Shown piece after piece: positions 1 through 9,049 of a DNA stretch of 64,000 bases. The notes below the pieces were generated by a model, which was not told the DNA's origin, ran no database searches, and was given only the letters and a program-made list of their open reading frames with translations. A program made the translations under genes and the position numbers. The stretch is from Candidatus Staskawiczbacteria bacterium RIFOXYD1_FULL_32_13 (GTDB lineage: Bacteria > Patescibacteriota > Minisyncoccia > Minisyncoccales > Staskawiczbacteraceae), in the NCBI GenBank assembly GCA_001820485.1, contig MHPU01000039.1, forward strand, positions 30,904 to 94,903. Direction: 5' to 3'. Positions within the stretch are counted from its first letter, which is position 1. Each line of letters opens with the position of its first letter.

Positions 1-3
1 AAT

Positions 4-843
4 ATGACAGCTGAAGTTAAAATTTTAATAGAGGGATATACGGGGATTGATAATTTAACTGGTCAAGAGAGAACTCAGTCAACTATTACTTTGGTTAAAG
101 ATAAAGACATAATAATGGTTGTAGATCCGGGCGTTCTGCCATCACAACAAGTTTTAATTGATAAATTAGCAGAAGAAAATTTACAGCTTGATGATGTAAA
201 TTATGTTTTTATTACTCACTCTCACCTAGATCACTATAGAAATGTTGGAATGTTTGTTAATGCTAAAGTTATAGAATATTTTGGTGTTTGGGATAAAAAT
301 AGAGTAGAAGATAGGGTAGAAAATTTAACAGAAAATTTAAGAATACTCGTGACGCCAGGGCATGATTATACGGCTTTAACTTTATTTGTTAACACAGAGC
401 AAGGTGTTGTAGCTATTTGTGGAGATGTATTTTGGCAAGAAAACAAACCAGAGGTTGATCCTTATGCTAAAGATTTAACAAAATTAAATCAAAGCAGACA
501 AATGATCTTACAAGTAGCAGATTTTGTAATTCCTGGGCATGGGGCGATGTATAAAGTTAAAGAAAGAGTTTTCGACACGCAAGAAGTTGTAAGAGATAAT
601 ATCAAAAAAATTTCAAATTATAGTTTTAATAAAATAAAAATTGCGAGTAAGATTTTTTCAACAAATATTTTAGCAAGCATAAAAAATAAATTAATTATAA
701 AAAGGTTGGGTAATTGTAAAAAATGCGGCAATTCTTTTAAAAAAATTGAAGATAAATGTGTTTGTCAAACACAATTTTGTTTTAGATGTTGCGAATGTGA
801 CATAGATTGCGATTTATGTAATTGCAAACACAAAATAAAGTAA
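4..843 (+). CDS. MBL-fold metallo-hydrolase with a Cys-rich C-terminal tail
   Basis: The HxHxDH metal-binding motif (THSHLDHY) and a downstream GHD/PGHG are both present. The final ~45 aa are dense in CxxC pairs (CKKCG...CVCQ...CFRCCECDIDCDLCNC). Confidence 0.6.
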   Translation: MTAEVKILIEGYTGIDNLTGQERTQSTITLVKDKDIIMVVDPGVLPSQQVLIDKLAEENLQLDDVNYVFITHSHLDHYRNVGMFVNAKVIEYFGVWDKNRVEDRVENLTENLRILVTPGHDYTALTLFVNTEQGVVAICGDVFWQENKPEVDPYAKDLTKLNQSRQMILQVADFVIPGHGAMYKVKERVFDTQEVVRDNIKKISNYSFNKIKIASKIFSTNILASIKNKLIIKRLGNCKKCGNSFKKIEDKCVCQTQFCFRCCECDIDCDLCNCKHKIK

Positions 844-846
844 AGC

Positions 847-2226
847 ATGAAAAATAAAATATTCATATTTTTAGTTGTTCTATTGTTTTTAGGAATAGCT
901 GGTTTTGGCTATGCTTATTTACCGAGAATTGTTTATACAGAATTAGGGGATATTATTGTGGAAAAGCCAGAAGATTTACAGTTTTTTTATGATGAATTAA
1001 ATGAAAAACCTAGAAATTATTTTATTAATTCAGAAGTAGAATTTAATCTTTATATAAACATTTTAGTTCCAGCTTCAACAAATCAAAATGGAAGATATTC
1101 TGCTAATATTTTTTTGGTAAAAGATGGAGTTGAAGAAAAAATCGCATTTGTAGATGGACAAACAGATTTTGTTTGGCAAGAATATTATGATGAATTTGGT
1201 AGAGATTATTATTATAAAGGGCCAGAATTAGAGAAAAAATTATCTGCTGGTAATTACAAAATAGAGATTTTTTCTTATACAAATAAAGGTAAATATGTTT
1301 TGGATATAGGCAAAAATGAAACATTTCTTATTCCGCGAAGTTTTGGCGAAGTAGTTCCAATTTTAGCAGAGGGCACAAGAGCTTACTGGATATTTCCTCA
1401 GCTTAAGATGCAATTTTTTAAAACATCTGTTCTCGAACTTTTGTTTACTCTATTTGGTTTTATTTTAATTGGCATAATTTCTGTAACACTACTTTTAATT
1501 GCATTCTTAATTTTTATTAGTTATTTTATAGACAAAATCAAGGATATAAAACTCAAAATGATGCTTCTGACTTCTTCGGGAATGGTTGGCTCTCGCGACG
1601 ATATAATGGCAATTTTACCAAAACCTGCAGATGCTATAAGAGTAGCTTATATTATTACAGCTTCAAAACCAGTGGAAAACAAATTTTATGTAGAGGAAGA
1701 TGCAAGATTAATGAAAGAAGCAGGTTTTAATGTTCATGAAATTGATATTGAAGGAAAAAATCCAGAACAACTTTTACATTTATTAAGTAATTTTGATATT
1801 ATTTATATGCAGGGTGGAAATCCTTATTATTTATTAGACAAAATAAGAAGAAGTGGTTTTAAAAAAGTGCTTAAAAAATTATTAAAAAAAGGTATAATTT
1901 ATGTTGGTGCTTCTGCTGGATCAATGGTTGCTGGAGTTAATATTGAAGCTGGTAATTGGAAAGATAAAGAAAGAGATAAATTTGGATTAACTAATTTGAG
2001 TGCAATGAATTTTATACCATATAGTATTTTTGTTCATTATGCTCCAGAACATCAAGAAATAATAAAGAAACAATCAAATAGAGTAAAAAATCAATTAAAA
2101 ATTTTAACTGATAGTCAAGCATTATTTGTTTTAGATGAAAAAATTACCTTAGTGGGTAGTGGAGATGCTATAATTGCTAAGGATTTTCAAGATGAAACTA
2201 AAAAAAGAAGATTTTGGTTTTTTTAA
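847..2226 (+). CDS. S51 (PepE/cyanophycinase-like) serine peptidase fused to an N-terminal signal/TM domain
   Basis: The C-terminal half carries a GASAGS nucleophile-elbow motif and a family-S51-like layout (YMQGGNP...YVGASAGSMVAG). The N-terminus has a hydrophobic signal and a central TM stretch. Confidence 0.5.
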   Translation: MKNKIFIFLVVLLFLGIAGFGYAYLPRIVYTELGDIIVEKPEDLQFFYDELNEKPRNYFINSEVEFNLYINILVPASTNQNGRYSANIFLVKDGVEEKIAFVDGQTDFVWQEYYDEFGRDYYYKGPELEKKLSAGNYKIEIFSYTNKGKYVLDIGKNETFLIPRSFGEVVPILAEGTRAYWIFPQLKMQFFKTSVLELLFTLFGFILIGIISVTLLLIAFLIFISYFIDKIKDIKLKMMLLTSSGMVGSRDDIMAILPKPADAIRVAYIITASKPVENKFYVEEDARLMKEAGFNVHEIDIEGKNPEQLLHLLSNFDIIYMQGGNPYYLLDKIRRSGFKKVLKKLLKKGIIYVGASAGSMVAGVNIEAGNWKDKERDKFGLTNLSAMNFIPYSIFVHYAPEHQEIIKKQSNRVKNQLKILTDSQALFVLDEKITLVGSGDAIIAKDFQDETKKRRFWFF

Positions 2227-2246
2227 TTTAATAGGGCTAATATATT

Positions 2247-2468
2247 ATGAGAATAAATGTAAAAGCAAAACCAAATTCAAAACACGAATCAATAGAAAAA
2301 ATTGATGAAAATAATTTTATTGTTTGTGTAAAAGAAGAACCAAGGCAAGGCAGGGCAAACTTAGCAATTAGAAATGCCTTGGCTGTTTATTTTAAAACTG
2401 GAACTAGTAATGTAAAAATTATTTCTGGACACACATCTCGAAATAAAATTATTGACATTATGTTTTAA
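2247..2468 (+). CDS. DUF167/YggU-like small protein
   Basis: It is 73 aa with the pattern V.V.AKP...RQGRANLAIRNALA that is typical of UPF0235/YggU. Confidence 0.4.
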   Translation: MRINVKAKPNSKHESIEKIDENNFIVCVKEEPRQGRANLAIRNALAVYFKTGTSNVKIISGHTSRNKIIDIMF

Positions 2469-2576
2469 ACGCGTATAATAAAATAGAAAGGTCGCAATAG
2501 TAAAATGAATAAACCGAAAGAAGCATTCTAAAAAGAAATATTTAAATTTGAAGATGTGAAAATCGGTTATAACAAA

Positions 2577-2894
2577 ATGGCAAAAGAAAAAGATCAAGAG
2601 TTTCTTGAATTTATTGTCAAGGAATTAGTTGACAATCCAAAAGATGTCAAAGTAGAAAGAAAAGTTGATGAAATGGGAGTTTTACTTTCATTAACTGTAA
2701 ACCCAGCAGATATGGGTCAAATCATTGGAAGAGAAGGTTCAACAGCTAAGGCAATTAGAAACTTAGTAAGAATCGTAGGACTTAAAAACCACGCCAGAGT
2801 AAACCTTAAAATTGAGGAACCAGAGGGTGGAAGAGCTCCAAGAGCTGAAAGAAAAGAAGTTTCTTCAGATGATATTGATAATATCTCTTTATAG
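2577..2894 (+). CDS. KH-domain RNA-binding protein (KhpA-like)
   Basis: It contains the GxxG KH motif (IGREGSTAKAIRNLVRIVG) and has an ATG at 2577. The ORF track opens at a GTG at 2556. The basic C-terminal tail is an extension. Confidence 0.6.
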   Translation: MAKEKDQEFLEFIVKELVDNPKDVKVERKVDEMGVLLSLTVNPADMGQIIGREGSTAKAIRNLVRIVGLKNHARVNLKIEEPEGGRAPRAERKEVSSDDIDNISL

Positions 2895-2920
2895 TTTATA
2901 AAGATTATAAAAAACAAAAG

Positions 2921-2952
2921 TCGCGATTTAGTTTAGATCGCGATTTTTGTTT
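2921..2952 (+). terminator. Rho-independent terminator after the KH gene
   Basis: The stem TCGCGAT/ATCGCGA has a 9-nt loop and is followed by TTTTTGTTT. Confidence 0.55.
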
Positions 2953-3132
2953 ATTTATAAATATAAATTTCAAGTATTTACATACGATTAAACTACGATC
3001 GTGGTGTAATCGTATGTAGAAATTATATAGATTATATAGATATTTTTATAAGTATATTTTTTATTAATTTTTTTGTAAAAAAACCCGGACCGTCGCAGTG
3101 CAACGATCACGGGTATGAAATGGAACCGTATT

Positions 3133-3543
3133 TCAAAGGTTCCCAAATGCCTTGAGTCTGGTCTTCAAATTTTTGAGCTCGGCTCGAAGCTCAGCGATTT
3201 CGTCTTGTCTTTGCTGGTTGGCTTCGAGCAAATCTTTGATGCTTTGCTCGAGCCGGCGATTTGTGGCTCGCAGTTCATCTGTTATAGCCATTAATTCGCC
3301 GATGTTGTGACGTTGCTCTTCGAGCTTCAGTGCCAGCTGAGCAGACATTGTCAGTCCGAAGGTTTGAAGATTTACGCCATCGCGACCGAAACAGTCGTCT
3401 GAAATCTCGCCGATAGGAGTAGTTGTCTCCGCTATCGTGTCCCGATCGATCAGATGATTGCTCAGCGAGATCAAATCTCCATTCTCTTTGACCAATGCCC
3501 AGTAATGAAAACGACTTTTGAATGTGCAGATAACGACCTTCAT
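3133..3543 (-). CDS. Hypothetical protein in GC-rich islet 1 (coiled-coil C-terminus)
   Basis: A roughly 50% GC block sits in a ~30% GC genome. The second Met (MKVV) has GGAG 9 nt upstream. The C-terminus has a heptad-like pattern (EQSIKDLLEANQQRQDEIAELRAELKNLK). A hairpin plus a T-tract lies on the minus strand just downstream at 3083-3118. Confidence 0.4.
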   Translation of the reverse strand: MKVVICTFKSRFHYWALVKENGDLISLSNHLIDRDTIAETTTPIGEISDDCFGRDGVNLQTFGLTMSAQLALKLEEQRHNIGELMAITDELRATNRRLEQSIKDLLEANQQRQDEIAELRAELKNLKTRLKAFGNL

Positions 3544-3650
3544 TGCAATAATCTCCATGAAGTGTGATGGTGAAAAACCATTTTAAGACTATGTCATATT
3601 TTATATATTGTCAAGTTTACAAAGTATATTATTTAGTGTATTATGATTTT

Positions 3651-4367
3651 ATGATTAAATTTGATGTCATTACAATTTTTCCGAAAATATTCAATTCTTA
3701 CATTGGGGAGAGTTTGATTGCAAGAGCCATTAAGAAAAAATTAATAAAAATAAATATTCATAATTTAAGAAAATGGACTACAGATAATCATCAAACAGTA
3801 GACGGCAGGCCATTTGGTGGAGGATTAGGAATGGTAATGATGGTAGAACCAATATACAAGGCGATCCGCGCTTTGGCGAAATCACAAATCACAAATCACA
3901 AATTACAAACAAATCACAAATCACAAGAAAAAATAAAACGAAAAGTGATTTTATTTACTCCACGGGGAGAGAAGTTTACGCAAAAAATGGCTTTTAAACT
4001 CTCCAAATTAGATCAAATTATTTTTATTTGTGGAAGATATGAAGGAGTTGATGAAAGAGTAGCAGAAAAGATAGCTGATATTAAATTATCTATTGGAGAT
4101 TATGATTTAATGGGTGGAGAATTGCCCACAATGGTTTGTATAGAAGCAATTTCGCGTTTGGTACCTGGAGTTATTGGCAAGGAAAAATTGCTCAAAGAAC
4201 GTATTACAAAATCTGGTGGATTTATTGAATATGCTCAATATACTCGTCCTGAAGTTTTTATAATTAAAGATAGAAAAAAGTGGAAAGTCCCACCAGTTCT
4301 TTTAACTGGAAATCATAAGAATATTGAAGAATGGAAAAAAGCTCATGCAAAAGAAATTTTAGATTAG
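3651..4367 (+). CDS. trmD: tRNA (guanine37-N1)-methyltransferase
   Basis: The N-terminus MIKFDVITIFP and downstream GGGxGMV, YEGVDER and LxGGE motifs match TrmD. The ORF-track start at 3564 is probably too far upstream. Confidence 0.85.
   Translation: MIKFDVITIFPKIFNSYIGESLIARAIKKKLIKINIHNLRKWTTDNHQTVDGRPFGGGLGMVMMVEPIYKAIRALAKSQITNHKLQTNHKSQEKIKRKVILFTPRGEKFTQKMAFKLSKLDQIIFICGRYEGVDERVAEKIADIKLSIGDYDLMGGELPTMVCIEAISRLVPGVIGKEKLLKERITKSGGFIEYAQYTRPEVFIIKDRKKWKVPPVLLTGNHKNIEEWKKAHAKEILD
3879..3925 (+). repeat. In-frame AAATCAC heptamer microsatellite inside trmD
   Basis: The run is AAATCAC x3, AAATTAC, AAAC, AAATCAC x2. It encodes a low-complexity loop (SQITNHKLQTNHKSQ). Confidence 0.7.
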
Positions 4368-4419
4368 CAATAGGCATTGAAAGAATAAGATTTTTGTGAT
4401 ATAAATATAAAATAGATTT

Positions 4420-4502
4420 GGGCAGGTGGCTGAGCAGCAAAGGCAACAGACTGTAAATCTGTCGGGGTTTCCCCTTCATAGGTGCAAGTCCTATCCTGCC
4501 CA
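4420..4502 (+). tRNA. tRNA-Tyr (GTA), long variable arm
   Basis: The acceptor stem is GGGCAGG/CCTGCCC. The anticodon stem ACAGA/TCTGT carries the loop CTGTAAA. There is a CGGGG-TTT-CCCC variable arm and a T arm ATAGG/CCTAT. No CCA is encoded. Confidence 0.75.
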
Positions 4503-4548
4503 CACTTCGAAGAAGTGCCCTGAGCGAAGTCGAAGGGCGTTAAATTAA

Positions 4549-4624
4549 GCCGATGTAGCTCAGGTAGCAGAGCACATTCTTGGTAAGAATGAGGTCCGCA
4601 GTGCAAATCTGCGCATCGGCTCCA
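4549..4624 (+). tRNA. tRNA-Thr (GGT)
   Basis: The acceptor stem is GCCGATG/CATCGGC, the D stem GCTC/GAGC, and the anticodon loop TTGGTAA. The T arm is CGCAG/CTGCG, and CCA is encoded. Confidence 0.85.
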
Positions 4625-4712
4625 TCGGAAGAAACTATAAAGCGTTTAGCTTTTAGCGTCTAGCGTCTAGTATAACTATACCCTATACCCTAAACTCTAT
4701 ACCCTAAATACA

Positions 4713-4874
4713 GTGGCAACAAAAAAACCATTTTTAAAGATACAATGCAGTGCTTGTAAAACAGTAAATTATTTTACAAAAAAATCAAAAAAAGTAGCAG
4801 AAACAAAACTTGAAATGCAAAAATTTTGTAATTCTTGCAAAAAACACACAAAACATAAAGAAACTCGTAAATAA
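4713..4874 (+). CDS. rpmG: 50S ribosomal protein L33
   Basis: The 53-aa protein has a GTG start and reads V/MATKKPFLKIQCSACKTVNYFTKKSKK...KFCNSCKKHTKHKETRK. It has the CxxC...CxxC zinc ribbon and the KHT.HKETK ending typical of L33. It is below the 60-aa ORF-track cutoff. Confidence 0.75.
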   Translation: MATKKPFLKIQCSACKTVNYFTKKSKKVAETKLEMQKFCNSCKKHTKHKETRK

Positions 4875-4926
4875 CTATACGGACTTTCTTAAGTTTGAGG
4901 ATATGATTTATCCTAAAACTGCAACT

Positions 4927-4954
4927 GGCGGGCTATAAGCCCGTCTTTTGTTTT
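4927..4954 (+). terminator. Rho-independent terminator after rpmG
   Basis: The stem CGGGCT/AGCCCG has an ATA loop and is followed by TCTTTTGTTTT. Confidence 0.6.
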
Positions 4955-5014
4955 GGTGGAGTTGAATTTATGTTGAAAAAGGAGTAAATTAAATATAAAA
5001 GTAAGTAAAAAATT

Positions 5015-5188
5015 ATGTTGCCAAAAGAAGCCATTGAAGAATTTAAGAAGCTGTATTTCAAAAATTACAAAATACAGCTTTCAGATGAAGAAGCAGTTCG
5101 CCGAGCAAATAACCTTGTGGATCTTTATAGTAAAGTTTATGGCGGTGATTGTGGTTCAATAAAGGATATTGATAAAAATAAAAATTAA
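5015..5188 (+). CDS. Small hypothetical protein (57 aa), one of a three-member paralog family
   Basis: The N-terminus ML..EAIEEFKKLYFKNYK...EEAVRRANNLV resembles the ORFs at 19816..20037 and 20059..20232. It is below the ORF-track cutoff. Confidence 0.35.
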   Translation: MLPKEAIEEFKKLYFKNYKIQLSDEEAVRRANNLVDLYSKVYGGDCGSIKDIDKNKN

Positions 5189-5189
5189 A

Positions 5190-5690
5190 ATGTTAGTAGA
5201 AAAAATACAAAAACAAAATGTTGGAAACGCCGGAGAATATTATATTGCTTCAAGATTATCTGCTTTGAATTTTGTAGCAACTATAACGCTCGGTCGGGCA
5301 GAAAAATACGACATATTGGCTATTAGCCCAAAAGGTAGGGTTGTTAAATTATCTGTAAAAACTACTCAAGTTGAAAAAGCAAAGGATTTTCCATTATCGC
5401 ACAAAGACGAATGTGGACAATCAGAAGATTTTTATTATGCTTTTGTAAAATTAAATAATTTTACCAAAGATCCTGATTTCTGGGTTATTCCAAGTAAAGT
5501 TTTATGTCCTTTGCTTAAAAATTCTCACGAAAAATGGGGGAATACTCTAAATAGAAAAGGAGAAAAACACGGACATTCAGATGTTAGATTGTTGCCGATT
5601 GAATTAACTGCTGGACAACGACAATATTACCCTGAAAACTGGGAGAAAGATGTTGAAAAATACTATAAAAATTTAAACCAATTATTATGA
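5190..5690 (+). CDS. Hypothetical protein, possibly with a PD-(D/E)xK-like nuclease fold
   Basis: I place the start at MLVEKIQ. A D...(K)LSVK pattern sits after a GNAGEYY segment. The gene is translationally coupled to the downstream PLD-SNF2 gene (ATGA overlap), but its function is not supported. Confidence 0.35.
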   Translation: MLVEKIQKQNVGNAGEYYIASRLSALNFVATITLGRAEKYDILAISPKGRVVKLSVKTTQVEKAKDFPLSHKDECGQSEDFYYAFVKLNNFTKDPDFWVIPSKVLCPLLKNSHEKWGNTLNRKGEKHGHSDVRLLPIELTAGQRQYYPENWEKDVEKYYKNLNQLL

Positions 5691-8600
5691 ATAATTTTAT
5701 TACAAATGCGGAGCAAAAAAACTTAAAAACACGACTTGTTGAGTTAATTAAGAAAAGCGATGAACTCAAATTTTTGGTCGGGTTTTTTTATTTTTCCGGA
5801 ATAAGAGAGCTGTATGAAGGATTGAAAGAAAATCCTAATGTCAAAATAAAAGTTTTAGTTGGCTTAAATGTTGATAAAAATTTAATTGAGTTTGCTGAAA
5901 ATATTGAGGGGCAATCAGATGACGAAAGGGTTTATAATCTTTTTAGTTCTCTGAAAAAATCATTAAATACAAAGGATTTTGATAATCAAGAGTTTTATAA
6001 TCAAGTGAAATATTTTGTTGAATTGATAAAGGAAGAGAGATTGATAATGAGGAAAACATTTAATCCAAATCATTCCAAAGTTTATATTTTTAGATTGGAA
6101 GAGGGGCAGGTTTCAAGGCAGAAATTATTTATTACGGGAAGTAGTAATTTAACAAAAGCTGGATTAACAACACAAGAGGAATTTAATGTAGAGATAAGTG
6201 ATTATGGTTTTGACGATGCAGAAAAGTATTTTGATAATCTTTGGGCAGAGGCGATAAAGATAACAGAAAATGATGTTTTGAGAAAGAAATTAGTAGATTT
6301 GATAGAAAAGGACACGCTTGTAAAAAACATTACCCCGTTTGAAGCATTTGTTCTTGTATTAAAGAACTACCTTGATTTTTATGATAACAAAAAGGAATTA
6401 GGAAGCTCTTTAATTGAGATATTAGAAAATAATGGATATAAAGCCTATCAATATCAATTAGACGCTATAAAGCAAGGATTGGCGATAATAGAGAAGGATA
6501 ATGGGGTTATTCTTGCTGATGTTGTTGGTTTGGGCAAAACGATAATTGCCTGTGCTATTGCTAACCAACTTAAAAGGAGGGGCTTGGTTATTTGTCCTCC
6601 CGGACTGGTGGGAGATAAAAATAGAGCTTCTGGGTGGAAAAAATATCTTGATCAATTCAAGCTGTATAATTTAGATTGGGAAGTAAGGTCTCTTGGAGAA
6701 ATGGAAAACACTTTTGACTTTGTTAAAAAGAATAAAGATATTGAGGTTATTATTGTTGATGAAGCTCATCGTTTTAGAAACGAAGACACTGAAGACTATG
6801 AAATTTTAAAAAATATTTGTCGTGATAAGATTGTAATTTTACTTTCTGCTACTCCGTTTAACAATAAACCAAGTGATATACTTTCTTTGTTGAAGTTATT
6901 TGTTGCTACAAAAAAATCTTTTATAACTCTTGATAATAATCTTGCTAATAAATTTAAGATTTTCAGTGGAACATTTGATAGGCTTGCTTATATTAAAAAG
7001 AATTGGAATTCTCTTAATGAGCAAAAAAGAAAATTAGTTCAGAAATACTATAAGAGTTTTTTTGGTGAAACAGGTAGCGAGAATATTGATTTATCAAAAG
7101 TTAAACAAAAATCTCACTATTTAGCAAAACAAATAAGAGATGTTGTGGAGCCAGTTACCATAAGGCGTAATCGTCTTGATTTACAAAATAACCCATTTTA
7201 TAAAGAAGAGGTAAAAGATTTGTCAAAGATCAAGGATCCGGAGGAATGGTTTTTTGAATTGTCAAAAGAGCAGTCAGATTTTTATGATAGAATTATTAGT
7301 GTTTATTTTGGCGATGAAGAGAACGGAGGAAAATTCAAGGGTGCAATATACAGACCATTTAAATATGAAGTAAAGATTGAAAAAGAGTTAGAAGAAGAAA
7401 AAGATGATAGGGAAACAAATTTTAAAAAATGGCAACAAAAAAACCTGTATGATTTTATGCGTAGATTGTTGGTTAAAAGATTTGAAAGTTCTTTTGGCTC
7501 ATTTGAGAAAAGTATTAAAAATTTTAAGACAATAACAGAAATTGTTTTAAAGTTCATTGAGAAGACCGATAAGTATATTCTTGATAGATATTTACTTGAA
7601 AAAATATACGACCGAGATGATGATGAGATAGAGGCAGAATTGATTGAATTTGCAGAGAAATTAAAGAGAGGAAATTATCCGAAAAACAATCATATTTATG
7701 AATTGAATAAAGATTTTAATGATAAAGAGGGTTTTATTAGGGATATTAAATCAGATCTTTCTCTTTATGACGATATTTTGAAAGAACTTTCAGATTTAAA
7801 ACTCATCAAGAATGACCCAAAATCATTATGCTTGATAGAAAATTTAAAAAAGGACATAAAAAACAAACAAGAAAAGGGAGAGCCCAAAAGGAAAGTAGTT
7901 ATATTCTCAGAATATGTTGATACTATAAAGCATCTTGAACCAACGCTTAAAAAGGAATTTGGAGATAAACTTTTAGTTGTTGCCGGTGATTTATCGCCTC
8001 AAAAAATATCTCAAATCAATAAAAACTTTGATGCTTCGTTTGAAGAGCAAGATAATGATTATGATGTTTTATTGGCTTCTGACCGAATATCAGAAGGATT
8101 TAACCTTAATAGAGCAGGAATAATTGTAAATTATGATATACCCTGGAACCCAGTAAGAGTAATCCAAAGAGTGGGGCGTATAAACCGTATAAGTAAAAAA
8201 GTTTTTAATAATCTTTATATTGCAAACTTTTTTCCAACAGAAAGAGGTTCTCAGCTCGTAAGATCAAGAGAAATAGCACAAAACAAAATGTTTTTAATTC
8301 ATAGTGTTTTGGGAGAAGATGCTAAAATTTTTGATATTGACGAAGAACCAACTCCATCAGGTCTATTTACAAAAATACAGCAAAACCCAGATAATTTGGA
8401 AGAAGAAAGTTTTAATACAAGGGCGTTAAAGAAGTTTGAAGAAATTAAAAAGGAAAATTCACAACTAATTCAAGAAATTGAGAATTATCCTCCAAGAGTT
8501 AAAGTTGCTAAAGAATTTAATGAAAGCGAACTTTTTGTTTTTATTAAGAAAAGTAAACTCTATGTTAGGGGAATAAAATATAATAAAGAGAATAATGAAA

Positions 8601-9049
8601 ATGAAATTTACGATACTACCTTTGAGGATGTATTTAATAGAGTTTTATGTGAGAAAGATGAAAAGCAGTTGCAATTAAGCAATGTGTTTTGGGATAATTA
8701 CGATAAAGCCAAGAATTTTAAAGAAAAATTTGTTCCACCAAGTGTTCAAAGTTTAGAGCAAAGAGCATTGGATAATCTTAAAATAATAATTGCAAATCCA
8801 TCAGAAAAATTATTACCGCATTTAAACTTTTTAAGAACATTAAGAGAAGATATTTTGGATTATGGCACTCTTGCTGATTATACATTTAGAACAATTATTG
8901 ATTTTAAAAATGCAAATGATGAGCAGACTATTTTAGATATTATAGAATTAAAAAATAAAATGGGAGAGAATTATTTGGATAGAGAAAAAGATAATAAAAA
9001 AGATTTATCAAAAGAAATTATTGTTGCTATTGAAAATCAAAAAATATGA
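5687..9049 (+). CDS. PLD (HKD) nuclease-SNF2 family helicase fusion protein
   Basis: The N-terminus has a single HKD motif (HSKVYIF...GSSNLT). The SNF2 part has a DEAH-type motif II (VIIVDEAHRFRN), motif III (LLSATPFNN) and helicase-C motifs (DIPWNPVRVIQRVGRINR). Confidence 0.8.
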   Translation: MNNFITNAEQKNLKTRLVELIKKSDELKFLVGFFYFSGIRELYEGLKENPNVKIKVLVGLNVDKNLIEFAENIEGQSDDERVYNLFSSLKKSLNTKDFDNQEFYNQVKYFVELIKEERLIMRKTFNPNHSKVYIFRLEEGQVSRQKLFITGSSNLTKAGLTTQEEFNVEISDYGFDDAEKYFDNLWAEAIKITENDVLRKKLVDLIEKDTLVKNITPFEAFVLVLKNYLDFYDNKKELGSSLIEILENNGYKAYQYQLDAIKQGLAIIEKDNGVILADVVGLGKTIIACAIANQLKRRGLVICPPGLVGDKNRASGWKKYLDQFKLYNLDWEVRSLGEMENTFDFVKKNKDIEVIIVDEAHRFRNEDTEDYEILKNICRDKIVILLSATPFNNKPSDILSLLKLFVATKKSFITLDNNLANKFKIFSGTFDRLAYIKKNWNSLNEQKRKLVQKYYKSFFGETGSENIDLSKVKQKSHYLAKQIRDVVEPVTIRRNRLDLQNNPFYKEEVKDLSKIKDPEEWFFELSKEQSDFYDRIISVYFGDEENGGKFKGAIYRPFKYEVKIEKELEEEKDDRETNFKKWQQKNLYDFMRRLLVKRFESSFGSFEKSIKNFKTITEIVLKFIEKTDKYILDRYLLEKIYDRDDDEIEAELIEFAEKLKRGNYPKNNHIYELNKDFNDKEGFIRDIKSDLSLYDDILKELSDLKLIKNDPKSLCLIENLKKDIKNKQEKGEPKRKVVIFSEYVDTIKHLEPTLKKEFGDKLLVVAGDLSPQKISQINKNFDASFEEQDNDYDVLLASDRISEGFNLNRAGIIVNYDIPWNPVRVIQRVGRINRISKKVFNNLYIANFFPTERGSQLVRSREIAQNKMFLIHSVLGEDAKIFDIDEEPTPSGLFTKIQQNPDNLEEESFNTRALKKFEEIKKENSQLIQEIENYPPRVKVAKEFNESELFVFIKKSKLYVRGIKYNKENNENEIYDTTFEDVFNRVLCEKDEKQLQLSNVFWDNYDKAKNFKEKFVPPSVQSLEQRALDNLKIIIANPSEKLLPHLNFLRTLREDILDYGTLADYTFRTIIDFKNANDEQTILDIIELKNKMGENYLDREKDNKKDLSKEIIVAIENQKI

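Noticed and set aside
1103-1324. Numerous 60-90-aa antisense ORFs inside long genes (e.g. 1103..1324-, 6458..6655-, 10890..11129-, 14775..15044-, 48000..48374-, 50882..51328-)
   Set aside because: AT-rich DNA generates many stop-free antisense stretches. None has an SD, and all are fully nested in well-supported genes on the other strand.
3886-3925. Possible CRISPR-like short repeats (ATCACAA units)
   Set aside because: The units are contiguous 7-mers with no spacers, and they lie inside the trmD reading frame. This is a microsatellite, not a CRISPR array. No CRISPR array was found anywhere in the window.
5169-5189. Upstream start MIKIKIKM for the 173-aa ORF
   Set aside because: It overlaps the end of the small 57-aa ORF at 5015..5188. 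The MLVEKIQ start at 5190 gives a non-overlapping arrangement, though either start remains possible.
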